A stretch of DNA of 64,000 nt from assembly GCA_963663035.1 (NCBI GenBank), contig OY760074.1, positions 128,001 through 192,000 on the forward strand. The letters run 5' to 3'. The translations under genes were made by a program, and so were the position numbers. Positions 30,750-40,798 of the stretch are shown piece after piece. How positions within the stretch are numbered: position 1 is the stretch's first letter; each line of letters opens with the position of its first letter. Below the pieces are notes generated by a model that saw only the letters and a program-made list of their open reading frames with translations, searched no databases and was not told where the DNA came from. This DNA is from Acidobacteriota bacterium (GTDB lineage Bacteria; Acidobacteriota; UBA6911; RPQK01; JADFOI01).

Positions 30750-31331
30750 ATGTTGAACGAAACCTATATCGTCGTATTGCTTGCCGTGCTTGCTGTTTCC
30801 TTGATTTATTTCATCTGGAAGCGGATGAGCTCACCTGCTAGTCTGGAGACCCGGAAAAGGGCGGAAGTTGAACGACCACTCGATACCAGGCCAGTCAGGG
30901 AAGGTCCTAAGGTCTTGCTTGCTTATGACATCGATCTCCGTGAAGAAGCAGCATGGGCCAGGGAGAAAGCGATGAACCTACAAAATTCTGGTGGACCTGC
31001 TTTCAAGGTGCAGATTCAGACCATTCAACACAAAAACTTTACAGCAAGGTTCCCTGTCATTCCTGAACTCATCAAGGGGGAGAGCAAGTCAGCCCAGGGC
31101 GAAGTTTATCAGGATGGAAAGATAGCGGGATTGCTAAGGAACGACTTTGTTCGTATTCTGGAAGCCATCGTGCAGGACAGTGATCGTAAAGACGTGATCC
31201 ATGTGGAAGCTCGTGTCCTATACGAAGATGGGGAAGGAACGAAGTTTTGTTCCGTACACGACATTGAGTATGGCCCGGGAGCGAAAAAGGTAAAAACAGT
31301 CTTGAAATGGAACGGAAAAGAGGAGAGCTAG
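30750..31331 (+). CDS. Membrane-anchored hypothetical protein
   Basis: N-terminal TM helix; upstream extension of the ORF lies inside the MITE. Confidence 0.6.
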   Translation: MLNETYIVVLLAVLAVSLIYFIWKRMSSPASLETRKRAEVERPLDTRPVREGPKVLLAYDIDLREEAAWAREKAMNLQNSGGPAFKVQIQTIQHKNFTARFPVIPELIKGESKSAQGEVYQDGKIAGLLRNDFVRILEAIVQDSDRKDVIHVEARVLYEDGEGTKFCSVHDIEYGPGAKKVKTVLKWNGKEES

Positions 31332-31333
31332 AG

Positions 31334-32395
31334 ATGAGAGTACCCCGGCGAGCAAGCAGAGTCTGCGGGGCGGGGCTCCTGTTCTGGTTGGTGTGTGGCG
31401 TCCCGATGGCAGGGGAGCTGGCGGCCTCCGAGACTCGATCGCCTGAGCTCGAGCCTACCCTCCACGCCCGAGCCATGGATCGGGCCAGCCACTTACCTCG
31501 GCTCCGCAGCCTGCTGGTCTCGATCGACGGAGTGCTGGTCGAGGAGCAGTACTTCCACGGCGCACGATCCTCGGACGGGGCCAATATGAAGTCGGCCTCC
31601 AAAAGTGTCATCTCGATGCTGGTGGGGATCGCCCTCGATCAAGGGTATCTCGAGAGCGTGCGGGACCCGATCCAAAAATACTTCCCCGAATACCTGGGCG
31701 GAACGGATGATCCTGCCAGGAAGGACATCACCATCGAGGACCTGTTGACGATGCGGTCGGGGCTCCAGAGCACCAGCAACCGCAACTATGGGAGGTGGGT
31801 GCAGAGCAGCAACTGGGTGCGTCACGTGCTCACGCGTCCCATGGTTGACGAACCGGGCGGTCGCATGATCTACAGCACGGGAAGCACGCACCTCCTGTCG
31901 GCGCTATTGACCAAGGCCACCGGCATGAGCACCCTGGACTTCGCTCGTCGCTACCTGGGGGAGCCGCTTGGCATCTCGATCCGCCCCTGGACGCGCGACC
32001 CACAGGGAATCTACTTCGGCGGTAACGAGATGCACTTAACACCGCGAGCCATGCTCGAGATCGGTGAGCTCTACCTCAGCCACGGTCAAGTGGGTGAAGA
32101 GCAGGTTGTGTCCGAGAGGTGGATCCAGGAGTCCCTTGTGCCGCGCACCCAGTCCCGCAGGAGCCGGCGCGAGTACGGTTACGGGTGGTGGATGCGGCAA
32201 CTGGCCGGGCACCAGGCCTACTACGCCTGGGGCTACGGAGGGCAATTCATCTTCGTGGTCCCCGATCTCAGCTTGGTCGTTGTCACCACCTCCTCACCAT
32301 TACCGGGACAGGGACGACGTGAGCACCTGCGGGCCATCTACGATTTAGTGGAGTACGATCTTCTACCCGCGGTGGACACCACCCGCGGCCAATAG
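31334..32395 (+). CDS. Serine hydrolase, beta-lactamase class C-like
   Basis: SASK (SxxK), LLTMRSG, YST, YGYGWW, AWGYGGQ. Confidence 0.9.
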   Translation: MRVPRRASRVCGAGLLFWLVCGVPMAGELAASETRSPELEPTLHARAMDRASHLPRLRSLLVSIDGVLVEEQYFHGARSSDGANMKSASKSVISMLVGIALDQGYLESVRDPIQKYFPEYLGGTDDPARKDITIEDLLTMRSGLQSTSNRNYGRWVQSSNWVRHVLTRPMVDEPGGRMIYSTGSTHLLSALLTKATGMSTLDFARRYLGEPLGISIRPWTRDPQGIYFGGNEMHLTPRAMLEIGELYLSHGQVGEEQVVSERWIQESLVPRTQSRRSRREYGYGWWMRQLAGHQAYYAWGYGGQFIFVVPDLSLVVVTTSSPLPGQGRREHLRAIYDLVEYDLLPAVDTTRGQ

Positions 32396-32404
32396 CGGTC
32401 CACG

Positions 32405-33202
32405 CTACTGTGAAACCCTGCTGCTGTAATACTGCCAGGGCCTGGAGGGATTTGCCGGCTGAAGCATGCTGGACTCCTCCGCAGTGAAGGGGACCGGCTC
32501 TCCAACAGTTGTGGCAAGGAGTTGAATTTTAGCGGCCCTCTCCAGGAAGATTGCCCGTATGGTTGTCAGTTCAACTGTGGGGCCAACGATCACAGCTCCG
32601 TGCCTCTTTAAGAGCAGTGCATTGTCGGTCCCCAAGAGCTCGGCCACCTGTTCCCCCAGCTCATTGGTAATAATGGTTCCGATCCTGTCCCAGGTTTTGG
32701 CCGGGCCGATGTATTGTACCCCCTGGTTCATGGCAGGGTGAAAGGGGATGTCGGCGACGGTGAGAGCAACAGCGTAGTCTGAATGGGTATGGGCAATGGC
32801 ATTGACATCGTCCCTCGCCTTGTAAATCCCCGAATGCATGTGGACCTCTGAATAGGTTGTTCCTTCCCCCTCTACAATCTCGCCGTCCAGATTGACCACC
32901 AGGACATCCTCGAGCGTGACCAGGCCGGGAGACTTAGCACTGGTGATGAAAAAGCGATCACTATTGGGAATTCTGGCGCTGATATGGCCATAGGGAGCGA
33001 CCAGTTCTTTGAGATCCAGGATCCGGTTACCTGTGATGAGCTTTTCCTTTAATTCGTCTTCTTCCCCCAGCTCACTTCTTGTGCCTTCTTGTTCTTGTAG
33101 CTGTGCTCCCCCTGTTCCTTGCCCACACTGGGCTGTTGACAACAAGAGAAGGAGAGCAATGGAAGTGACCCAGACAGATGACATCCTTTTCCCAACGACC
33201 AT
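32405..33202 (-). CDS. Class II aldolase/adducin family protein with signal peptide
   Basis: GHISAR, SEVHMHSGIY, AHTHS, LLKRHG. Confidence 0.88.
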   Translation of the reverse strand: MVVGKRMSSVWVTSIALLLLLSTAQCGQGTGGAQLQEQEGTRSELGEEDELKEKLITGNRILDLKELVAPYGHISARIPNSDRFFITSAKSPGLVTLEDVLVVNLDGEIVEGEGTTYSEVHMHSGIYKARDDVNAIAHTHSDYAVALTVADIPFHPAMNQGVQYIGPAKTWDRIGTIITNELGEQVAELLGTDNALLLKRHGAVIVGPTVELTTIRAIFLERAAKIQLLATTVGEPVPFTAEESSMLQPANPSRPWQYYSSRVSQ

Positions 33203-33319
33203 GACAAATTCCTCCTTAGTAATAGACTCAAGTTAACGGTTGTTGAGGGGAAGACTATCATGAACAAGTCATGAACGATCGGGAGCTGCTGGCAAGGCTG
33301 AGGAAGGTGAGAAGACTGG

Positions 33320-33527
33320 CTGGGATTATGCATAGGTTTTCTACTGCGGTGCCGCAATCATCCACGCTGACTGCGTTGTGCGACCCGCAAGCGGGTACCC
33401 CTTGGGCTCCTCGGCGTACTGCAAGAGTACGCCTGCGGGGCCCGACCCGCAAGCGGGTACCCCTTCGCACGCCTTGTCATCGCGGCGCCTGCGGCACTTC
33501 ATCACGAAAACCTATGCATAAACCCAG
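33320..33527. mobile_element. MITE family A, long form (208 bp)
   Basis: TIRs CTGGGATTATGCATAGGTTTT; duplicated GACCCGCAAGCGGGTACCCCT flanking a hairpin. Confidence 0.85.
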
Positions 33528-33579
33528 CTAGCAATACCAGTAGGACTCTCTTTATAATGTGCAGTCAGGCCGGAGTTTT

Positions 33580-34530
33580 ATGAGAAGAGTGGTTCCGAAA
33601 ATCCTTGTCGCAGCACTTGCCCTATTGCTCTTGGGGGCTTGTCAGCAGGAAGAGACTCTGCTGAGCCTTGCCGCAGGTACCCCTGAAGGCACCTGGCATC
33701 CCATCGGGGGGATGATCGGGAACATTATCAACCGCTACGTTCCTGGCATCAGGGTGAACATTGAGTCTACAGGTGGAGGGGTTGAAAACGTTCGGCTGCT
33801 GGGCACAAATCAGTCTGACATCGGGCTTTGTATTGCAGCCACTGCCCTGAACGGTTACCAGGGTGCCTACCCCTACAACCAGTCTTTTGACAATTTACGA
33901 ACCCTGATTTCCAGCTTCCAGCTGGGCTTCCTGCAAGTGGCAGTACTGGAAGAATCCCCCTTGGAATCGGTGGAGGATATCCATGGACAACGGGTCGCCG
34001 TTGGGCCGGCTGGGCACGGGTCTCTTCCCAGGCAAGAGGAGATTTATGAAGAGATGGGTATCTCCTTTGAATCCTTTACCCCGATTTACCTGCCTTTTCG
34101 CGATGCACTTCAAGCCTTGGGCGACCGTCGTCTGGATGCAGCTGTCGTGTATCAGTCGCCACCAGCTCCTTCGCTGATTGAATTTGGGGTCACCAGTCCG
34201 TTTCGCCTTCTGCCCGTAAGCCAGCTGTATAGGGATCGGTTAACGGGAAAATACCCCTATTTCGTGTCGACCGTCATTCCCAGGCAGTCCTACCAGCTGA
34301 GCCAGGACGTGCCCACCATTGCCACCGCAAATGTCATCCTGGTGCGCGAGGAGCTCCCCGAGGAGGCCGTTTACCAAATCACCAGGGCCATTCTGGAGCA
34401 TGTCGATGAGCTTCGCCGGGCCCATCCCTCGCTTCAGGATTTCCAACCCGAAATGGCCGTGCTTGGGCAAGTCGTTCCCTACCACCCAGGGGCGGAAAGA
34501 TATTTTAGGGAAGTGGGGCTGCTCGAATGA
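33580..34530 (+). CDS. TAXI-family TRAP transporter solute receptor (lipoprotein)
   Basis: Lipobox LGAC; GTPEGTW, STGGGVENV, GPAGHG, PYHPGAERYF. Confidence 0.9.
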   Translation: MRRVVPKILVAALALLLLGACQQEETLLSLAAGTPEGTWHPIGGMIGNIINRYVPGIRVNIESTGGGVENVRLLGTNQSDIGLCIAATALNGYQGAYPYNQSFDNLRTLISSFQLGFLQVAVLEESPLESVEDIHGQRVAVGPAGHGSLPRQEEIYEEMGISFESFTPIYLPFRDALQALGDRRLDAAVVYQSPPAPSLIEFGVTSPFRLLPVSQLYRDRLTGKYPYFVSTVIPRQSYQLSQDVPTIATANVILVREELPEEAVYQITRAILEHVDELRRAHPSLQDFQPEMAVLGQVVPYHPGAERYFREVGLLE

Positions 34531-34586
34531 TGTCGAGCGCTTCTGCCACACCTTGCGCCGTCTCCACCTAGCCGGGAGTACAAACC

Positions 34587-35267
34587 ATGTTTTATGAACC
34601 ACGCCACAACGATCACGGCCTGCCCTACAATCCTTTCAAAGCTTGCGTGGTGCCGCGTCCGATCGGTTGGATTACCAGCCTGAGTCACGATGGCATCGTC
34701 AATCTCGCACCCTTTTCGTGCTCGAACCAGCTTGGCTACGATCCGCCCTTCGTTTTTTTCTCGGGCTCCGGCCGACCGGAGGAGGAGGGAGCTGAGCCAA
34801 GACGCAAGGACAGCGTGATGAACGCTGAGAACACCGGTGAGTTCGTGTTCAACATGGCGACCTATGAACTGCGCGAGCAGATCAACCTGTCCTCAGCCCG
34901 CGTGCCGCCCGAGGTCGACGAGATGGAGCTGTGCGGCCTAACCAAACTGCCCTCGAGGCTGGTGCAACCGCCCCGTGTCGGCGAATCCCCGGTCAATCTC
35001 GAATGCAAGTACCACTGCACGTTGACGCTTCCCGCCAACAGCCCAAACACGGTGCACCACGTCGTGGTCGGCCAGGTGGTCGGCATCCACATCGACGACC
35101 AGGTCATCACTGACGGGAAGGTCGATTGGGTCAAGATCCAGCCGCTGGCGCGCATGGGCTACTCGGACTACACCTATGTCAGCCAGGTCTTCACGATGAA
35201 GCCGCCTCATGGCGAATCCCCCTCGGGCCAGATCGGTGAGCCGACCAGAGTGGAGGAGCGCGGGTAG
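34587..35267 (+). CDS. Flavin reductase-like (DIM6/NTAB family) protein
   Basis: PFKACVVPRPIGW, NLAPFS, KDSVMN, ESPVNLEC, PLARMG. Confidence 0.9.
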   Translation: MFYEPRHNDHGLPYNPFKACVVPRPIGWITSLSHDGIVNLAPFSCSNQLGYDPPFVFFSGSGRPEEEGAEPRRKDSVMNAENTGEFVFNMATYELREQINLSSARVPPEVDEMELCGLTKLPSRLVQPPRVGESPVNLECKYHCTLTLPANSPNTVHHVVVGQVVGIHIDDQVITDGKVDWVKIQPLARMGYSDYTYVSQVFTMKPPHGESPSGQIGEPTRVEERG

Positions 35268-35270
35268 TAG

Positions 35271-35357
35271 CCCGCACTTCTCACACCCGCTCTGCTGCAT
35301 CGGCGCAATGATCCGACCTGACAGCGTTTCGCGACGACCTGGTGCGAGAAATGCGGG
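35271..35357. mobile_element. MITE family B, internally deleted form (87 bp)
   Basis: TIRs CCCGCACTTCTCAC / CCCGCATTTCTCGC; TAG/CTAG flanks. Confidence 0.8.
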
Positions 35358-35372
35358 CTAGTAGCCCTGCAG

Positions 35373-36056
35373 TCACTCAGTTTCCTCGATCTCAAAGGTT
35401 TCCAGTGATCGGATCTCCTCTTTCCTGGATTGAAAAACTCCAACTGCAGCAATGATGCCTAGAGCGCAGCCAATGGCGTGGGTCCGGTAGCTCACCGAGG
35501 GCGACAGATTGGTGGGAATCAGGACGATGAGTCCGATGCCAATAGCATGCAGAAGCCGTTTTTGAAGTGGGCGGGTTCGCTCGACCAAAACATACATAGT
35601 GAGCCAGAACCCCGCCATCAGATAGACCACTCCCGACGCCCCAACCAGCTGAATGTTCCCCTGATAGGTGAGAAGGGAACAATAGTTCACGAGTGCGCCG
35701 AGTGCCGCAATGGAGACCGGATACATCCAAAAGCCAAAGTATCCGTACAGCAAATAGGCGAAAAAGGTAAAGAAGATGATGTTGGAAAGAAAATGCCGCA
35801 GATCAGCATGGACGGCAACTGCCGTGATCAGTCTCCAATACTCCTGCTCTGCGAAGACCTGATCCGGTATGGCAGCCCACCGTCCGAACAGCTGTGGATC
35901 TCGCCAGCAAAGCAAGGAAACAAACAGAATCACCATGGCGCTGAGCACGGCTATCACTGTGCTCCCCTCTCGAGGAGGTTGAGACATAAACGTACTCTTG
36001 ATCCGAATTTCTACCTGGTCGAATGTGGGAAAGGGTGGGAAAGGCATGAAAAACAA
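35373..36056 (-). CDS. Rhomboid-family intramembrane serine protease (start uncertain)
   Basis: WRLIT, H..HFLSN, GASG, HAIG. Confidence 0.88.
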   Translation of the reverse strand: MFFMPFPPFPTFDQVEIRIKSTFMSQPPREGSTVIAVLSAMVILFVSLLCWRDPQLFGRWAAIPDQVFAEQEYWRLITAVAVHADLRHFLSNIIFFTFFAYLLYGYFGFWMYPVSIAALGALVNYCSLLTYQGNIQLVGASGVVYLMAGFWLTMYVLVERTRPLQKRLLHAIGIGLIVLIPTNLSPSVSYRTHAIGCALGIIAAVGVFQSRKEEIRSLETFEIEETE

Positions 36057-36108
36057 GGGAGAGTTCGGGGCCTGTCCTCGAACTCCCCGAACTCTCTATC
36101 CGTCTACT

Positions 36109-36690
36109 CTACTCGCTGACGTTGAAGGTGGCTCTCAGTTGAAGCGTGTCCCAACTTATCAGGATCTCAGCACCGCCCTCATCAACTGGGTTCATCTCGA
36201 TGGTGAATTGCTCTACACTCTCTGCCAGCTCAGAACTCTCCAATGGACTCTCGGCGATGTCGTTTTCCGCTTTGCGGTCCAGTCCCCAAATGTCGGCTTC
36301 CGAGTTAAAGATGAGGCGCCAGTCATCGGAGCTGACCTTCTTTGCCCAAATCGAGTACCTTCCTGTCTCAATGAGTGTCTCGCCAAATAACAGATCGGTA
36401 TTGGTTTCAAGACGAGTCGCATCGTTCATCCCCAGTCTCCACACCTGGCCGTCCGGCAGTTGCGAGAGCATATTCCGCCCCTTGAGCTCGGGGCGCCCAT
36501 AGTTGATTGAAGTTTGGGTGCTGCCGAGCACTATTTCAGCCGTTCCCCGGTCACTGGATGCAGCCGGGTCCTGAGCTGCCTCGCCTTCTCCCGCGCCGGC
36601 AGCCGGTTCTTCGGTTGTTGTCTGCGGCGAACTGCAAGCCGCTGACAAAGCTGTCATAACAACAAGAATGAAAAAAATTCGATTCATCAT
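36109..36690 (-). CDS. DUF2911-family lipoprotein
   Basis: Lipobox SAAC; INYGRP.LKGR, VWRLGMNDAT, G.YSIW, VEQFTI. Confidence 0.8.
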   Translation of the reverse strand: MMNRIFFILVVMTALSAACSSPQTTTEEPAAGAGEGEAAQDPAASSDRGTAEIVLGSTQTSINYGRPELKGRNMLSQLPDGQVWRLGMNDATRLETNTDLLFGETLIETGRYSIWAKKVSSDDWRLIFNSEADIWGLDRKAENDIAESPLESSELAESVEQFTIEMNPVDEGGAEILISWDTLQLRATFNVSE

Positions 36691-36764
36691 GTCCTCCCTG
36701 GGTGTGAAATTCTAACAGTTTTTCTGAACTTGGCAAAAGATATGTTGGGGCGGGTGTGGGGTAG

Positions 36765-36972
36765 CCGGTATTATGCATAAATTTTCTACTGCAGTGCCGC
36801 AATCATCCACGCTGACTGCGTTGTGCGACCCGCAAGCGGGTACCCCTCGGGCTCCTCGGCGTACTGCAAGAGTACGCCTGCGGAGCCCGACCCGCAAGCG
36901 GGTACCCCTTCGCACGCCTTGTCATCGCGACACCTGCGGCACTTCGTCACGAAAACCTATGCATAATCCCGG
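36765..36972. mobile_element. MITE family A, long form (208 bp)
   Basis: Near-identical to 33320-33527. Confidence 0.87.
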
Positions 36973-36975
36973 CTT

Positions 36976-37473
36976 CTAGCCAGGCAACACCCGAAAAGAA
37001 TGGACATTGGCGCTCCCGGGGCTCTGCCATTCGGTGTATTTTTGGATGAAACTCTGGAGCACAGCTTCCCTTTCGGCTGGATCTGTAACAACAGAGACTG
37101 GCCGATCAAATAATTGATTTCCGATCTTCAGTCGCACGCGGGGATCGCGGATGACGTTTTGGTTCCACAATCTACCCAGTGGGAACTCACCTCCCTGGTA
37201 ATAAGCGGAGAACAGGTACAGCTGACCGTTGTAGAGGGCGCAGTAAGTCGTGACCGAGTGGGGAATGAAATACCAGGTTCGAGTCTCAACGTTGATTTCC
37301 TCAAACTGGTCGGTAAAGGACCAGTCAGTGACGGGTGTGGTGACGAGTTCCCCTTTGAGCCACAACCCGGGGCTGCGATCGCGGGGCTCGAAACCAATGA
37401 TTCGCAGTGTGATGAGCCCCAAAACCAGGCACAGGAGAACGAAGGATCCGCCAATGATGAACAGTCTCTTCAT
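36976..37473 (-). CDS. Membrane-anchored hypothetical protein, possible split-barrel fold
   Basis: N-terminal TM; PGLWLKG, PHSVTT, W..NVIRDPRVRLKI. Confidence 0.6.
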   Translation of the reverse strand: MKRLFIIGGSFVLLCLVLGLITLRIIGFEPRDRSPGLWLKGELVTTPVTDWSFTDQFEEINVETRTWYFIPHSVTTYCALYNGQLYLFSAYYQGGEFPLGRLWNQNVIRDPRVRLKIGNQLFDRPVSVVTDPAEREAVLQSFIQKYTEWQSPGSANVHSFRVLPG

Positions 37474-37494
37474 AAGGAGAGCGTGATAGAAACC

Positions 37495-39000
37495 TTATTT
37501 TGTGAAGTGACGTTCCACAATACGAGCTGCCGCAAAGACCGACACGGCTGCTTGTGGTGTGCCGGTGTTCCCGGTGGTCACACGAGGAATCACGCTGGCA
37601 TCGCAAAGAAACAAGTTGTCCACATCGTGCGACTCGAAGTAAGGGTTGACCACGGATGTCTTGGGGTCGGTCCCGGCCCGGCAGGAACCCACCAGGTGTG
37701 AGCCGCCTGTACCGCTTGTGATCCGGATGGGAATATCAATCGGAGTGATTTTTTTGGCCCCCATTTTCACCAGCACTTCATGAGCCATCTGCAGGGCCTC
37801 TTTGGTCCGCCTGATGGTCAGGCTGTGATCGCCGCCGTAAACCCGCCTTCCATCCGGATCGATAAACCAGCGTCCCGAGGCTTTGGAGAGCCTGGGATTC
37901 AGCGATCCCACTTTGAGAATTCCATTTTCCTTCATGAACTGCTTGTGTTCCTGACCAAAGTCCGGCGCAAAAGTGTTCAACGCCGCCGTTTGAGGATACA
38001 TGTTGCCTCCTAGGTCGGCCCGGAACAAAAGCCGTCCTTCACCATCCGCCCGGTCGTCGTGGATCATGTAGTACCCTCTGATGGCTCCCACCTTCCCGTC
38101 TCCGACAGGTTCATCAAAGAGAGCACTGATCCCGGGTCCGCGGGGATGCCCATCGATGTGTTTTCCAATATTGGAGTTCTCCACAAAGATTGAATTGCCT
38201 TTCCAGTCCGCCGGCCCGTAGCCGGAGCGCATCAGGAGCAGAGGCGTTTTACTGTGTCCACAGGAGAGAATGATGTGGTCGGCCGTCAGTTCGTACCTGG
38301 AACCTTCACTGGTACAGGCCAAACCGCTCGCCACTCCCCGCTCTCCCTTGGAAGCGATTAAGACCCTCTCCACCTCCGTGTTGGCCAAGATGTCCACCCC
38401 GTACTTTTCCGCCTTGGGCATATACGACACCAGAGTGCTGGAGCGTGAATCGTACTTGCACATGTTGGCTCCCGCGCAAAAGCCGCAGTAAATACAGTTG
38501 CGCCGCGCCCCTTCCTGTCGGTACGGCTCATATCCCATCTGCTTGGCGACCGCATAGAAGAGTCTGTTGCCGCGGGTGTTCACCTCCTCAGGATAGGCAT
38601 GGACGCTGAATTCGCGGCGGGTCTCTGCCACTGCCTCGCGAAAGTTCTCCTCAGTCCAATCAACCCCGGTTTCCTTTTGCCAGTGGATGTAGTCGATGGG
38701 GAAGGGCAAGAACGCCGAGGCCTGCCAGTGCAGGGAACTCCCTCCCACCAGCTTGGCCGAGCCGTCCTCCCAGTGCAGGGTGGGGTCCGCACCTCCGACG
38801 TTGGTGAACCTGTGGCGCCTGGTGGCGGATCCGTAGCCGGGTCGAGAAGGGCCCTTGAGATAAGGTCCTGCCTCGATCAGGGCAACTTTCAGTTGATCCC
38901 CAGTGCTGGGATTGACGCCCTTTTCGGCGATGTTTGCGGCCAATATAGGCCCTGAGAAACCGGCCCCAACAATGGCTACATCGTAGTGAGATTCAGGCAT
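37495..39000 (-). CDS. GMC family oxidoreductase
   Basis: IVGAGFSG..EAG, VGGSSLHW, CIYCGFC, HLVGSCRAG, NLFLCDAS. Confidence 0.9.
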   Translation of the reverse strand: MPESHYDVAIVGAGFSGPILAANIAEKGVNPSTGDQLKVALIEAGPYLKGPSRPGYGSATRRHRFTNVGGADPTLHWEDGSAKLVGGSSLHWQASAFLPFPIDYIHWQKETGVDWTEENFREAVAETRREFSVHAYPEEVNTRGNRLFYAVAKQMGYEPYRQEGARRNCIYCGFCAGANMCKYDSRSSTLVSYMPKAEKYGVDILANTEVERVLIASKGERGVASGLACTSEGSRYELTADHIILSCGHSKTPLLLMRSGYGPADWKGNSIFVENSNIGKHIDGHPRGPGISALFDEPVGDGKVGAIRGYYMIHDDRADGEGRLLFRADLGGNMYPQTAALNTFAPDFGQEHKQFMKENGILKVGSLNPRLSKASGRWFIDPDGRRVYGGDHSLTIRRTKEALQMAHEVLVKMGAKKITPIDIPIRITSGTGGSHLVGSCRAGTDPKTSVVNPYFESHDVDNLFLCDASVIPRVTTGNTGTPQAAVSVFAAARIVERHFTK

Positions 39001-39138
39001 GGTCTTTGTCCTCGCTCGCTCCTGGACTAGCGTCCACTTGTGCCTTCATGAAAATTTAGGCAGGAGTCTATACCTTTCACGCCGATTAGGAAAGCAGCTA
39101 TCCTCACAGCTGTTTCTGACCTGAGAAATTGGGTTGCT

Positions 39139-39501
39139 CTATTCGTCCCGGTAAACAAGTTCGGGTGAAAATGCCGGCCGGCAGACGGCAATGTACTCCG
39201 CCCCTTCCGAATGGGGAGAGCTGTACTGGACCCATTCACCTCCGGTTACGGACACAGCCTGTCCGGCAGCGACATCGAATTCCCGCTCTTTCAGTTTGAT
39301 ATGGAGCATGCCGCGCAGGACGACAGTGTATTCGTCAAACTCAGGTGTCTGGCCGGGCTCGCTCCAGCCTGGAGGACTCTTCATCCTGGCTATGCTGAGG
39401 CTGTCGGTTTCCGAGTTGACGCGTCCAAAGAACTCTTCGATTCTTTTCGGGGGCTCACCGGCTGCCCGAACGATAGTGGGTTGTTCGATCAACTTGGCCA
39501 T
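39139..39501 (-). CDS. Cupin domain protein
   Basis: GWSEPGQTPEFDEYTVVLRG, AGQAV..GEWVQYS. Confidence 0.85.
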   Translation of the reverse strand: MAKLIEQPTIVRAAGEPPKRIEEFFGRVNSETDSLSIARMKSPPGWSEPGQTPEFDEYTVVLRGMLHIKLKEREFDVAAGQAVSVTGGEWVQYSSPHSEGAEYIAVCRPAFSPELVYRDE

Positions 39502-39525
39502 GATTTCTCCTCGATCCACAGCTGC

Positions 39526-39837
39526 TCAGTGAAGCATGCTAACGTAGTGCCCATTTTTGAAATCGCTGAAAAAGTGGTCGAGCATGGGATGTTTGATGGG
39601 ATCCTGCAGAGCATCCGGCTCGAGGTTTCTCTCTGCAACGTAAGTCATATTCTGAGCGTTGTGTACCAGGACGTGGTACCAGGGCTTGTCCTTAGGCGGC
39701 TGGCTCTTCGCCACTTGCTCATACCATGCGTCGGTGCCCTGAAAGGTCGCGTCGACATCCACGATGACCCCGCGATAGTCGAAGAGCTGATGGTGTATGA
39801 GCTGCCCAATGCTGAATTTACAGCTAGTCTCAATCAT
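39526..39837 (-). CDS. hspQ: Heat shock protein HspQ (YccV-like)
   Basis: KFSIGQLIHH.LFDYRGVIVDVD, PWYHVLV, YVAERNL. Confidence 0.9.
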   Translation of the reverse strand: MIETSCKFSIGQLIHHQLFDYRGVIVDVDATFQGTDAWYEQVAKSQPPKDKPWYHVLVHNAQNMTYVAERNLEPDALQDPIKHPMLDHFFSDFKNGHYVSMLH

Positions 39838-39975
39838 GAGTTTTGAACCGCCATACTAACAGACTTTACTCACCGTGTACTTGGCTTTTAACCCCCTCAA
39901 CCTCTAACATCTAGGCGACAGAGGCACGAAAGCAGAAACGCAATACTGCACCAAGGACCAAGTGAGGAGAATCTT

Positions 39976-40761
39976 ATGACGGACAATACTCTGCAAGGAC
40001 GTTTCATCTGGTACGAGCTCCTGACCTCAGACCCGCAGGCAGCCACCAGTTTTTACACAGCACTCATCGGGTGGGGTACGACTGAATGGGAAGGGGGAGA
40101 GGGAACTTACACCATGTGGACCAATGGGGAAAACTCTCTTGGAGGTGTCATTGTTTTACCGGAGGAGGCCAAGGCAGCCGGTGCACCGCCCCACTGGTTG
40201 GGCTACGTCGGAACTTCGGATCTGGATGCCACCATCTCACGGGTGGAGGAGCTTGGGGGCAAGGTGCTGGCGGCCCCCCCTGAGATCCCCACGGTTGGAC
40301 GCTTTGCAGTGATCTCTGATCCACAGGGGGCCGTCTTCGCAGCTTTTACGCCAGCTGGAGAAGCTCCCGGACATGAGGGCCCAGCCCAGCAGGGCGAGGT
40401 CTCGTGGCATGAACTGGCAACAAGCGACCACGAAGCCGCCTTCGAGTTCTATTGGGAGCTCTTTGGCTGGAAGAAAACTGATAATCTGGATATGGGTCCC
40501 ATGGGGACCTATCAGATGTATGGTCGCAAGGACCTGACGCTGGGTGGAATGTTCAACAAGTCCAGCGACATGCCCGGTCCACCGGCCTGGCTACTCTATA
40601 TCAAGGTTGGAGATGTCGATCAGGCAGTTGAAAAAGTCAAGGCACTTGGTGGAAAGGTCCTGAACGGACCAATGGAGGTTCCCGGTGGAAGCGGAGATCG
40701 CATCGCTCAGTGTATGGATCCACAGGGAGCTGCCTTTGCCATGCATTCGACTGGCGGCTAA
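39976..40761 (+). CDS. VOC/glyoxalase family protein (two domains)
   Basis: WYEL..D..A.FY..L.GW and DPQGA each occur twice. Confidence 0.9.
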   Translation: MTDNTLQGRFIWYELLTSDPQAATSFYTALIGWGTTEWEGGEGTYTMWTNGENSLGGVIVLPEEAKAAGAPPHWLGYVGTSDLDATISRVEELGGKVLAAPPEIPTVGRFAVISDPQGAVFAAFTPAGEAPGHEGPAQQGEVSWHELATSDHEAAFEFYWELFGWKKTDNLDMGPMGTYQMYGRKDLTLGGMFNKSSDMPGPPAWLLYIKVGDVDQAVEKVKALGGKVLNGPMEVPGGSGDRIAQCMDPQGAAFAMHSTGG

Positions 40762-40798
40762 GCCTTGGAAGCTTGCCAGGACGGTTTTCCTTCTCTGG

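Noticed and set aside
33380-33465. Direct repeat GACCCGCAAGCGGGTACCCCT with a ~40-nt spacer, CRISPR-like
   Set aside because: Only two units, the spacer is nearly the same in the 36765 copy, it lies inside a MITE, and there are no cas genes
33258-33531. Short ORFs repeated at 33.3 kb, 36.7 kb and 30.7 kb
   Set aside because: Chance translations of MITE sequence
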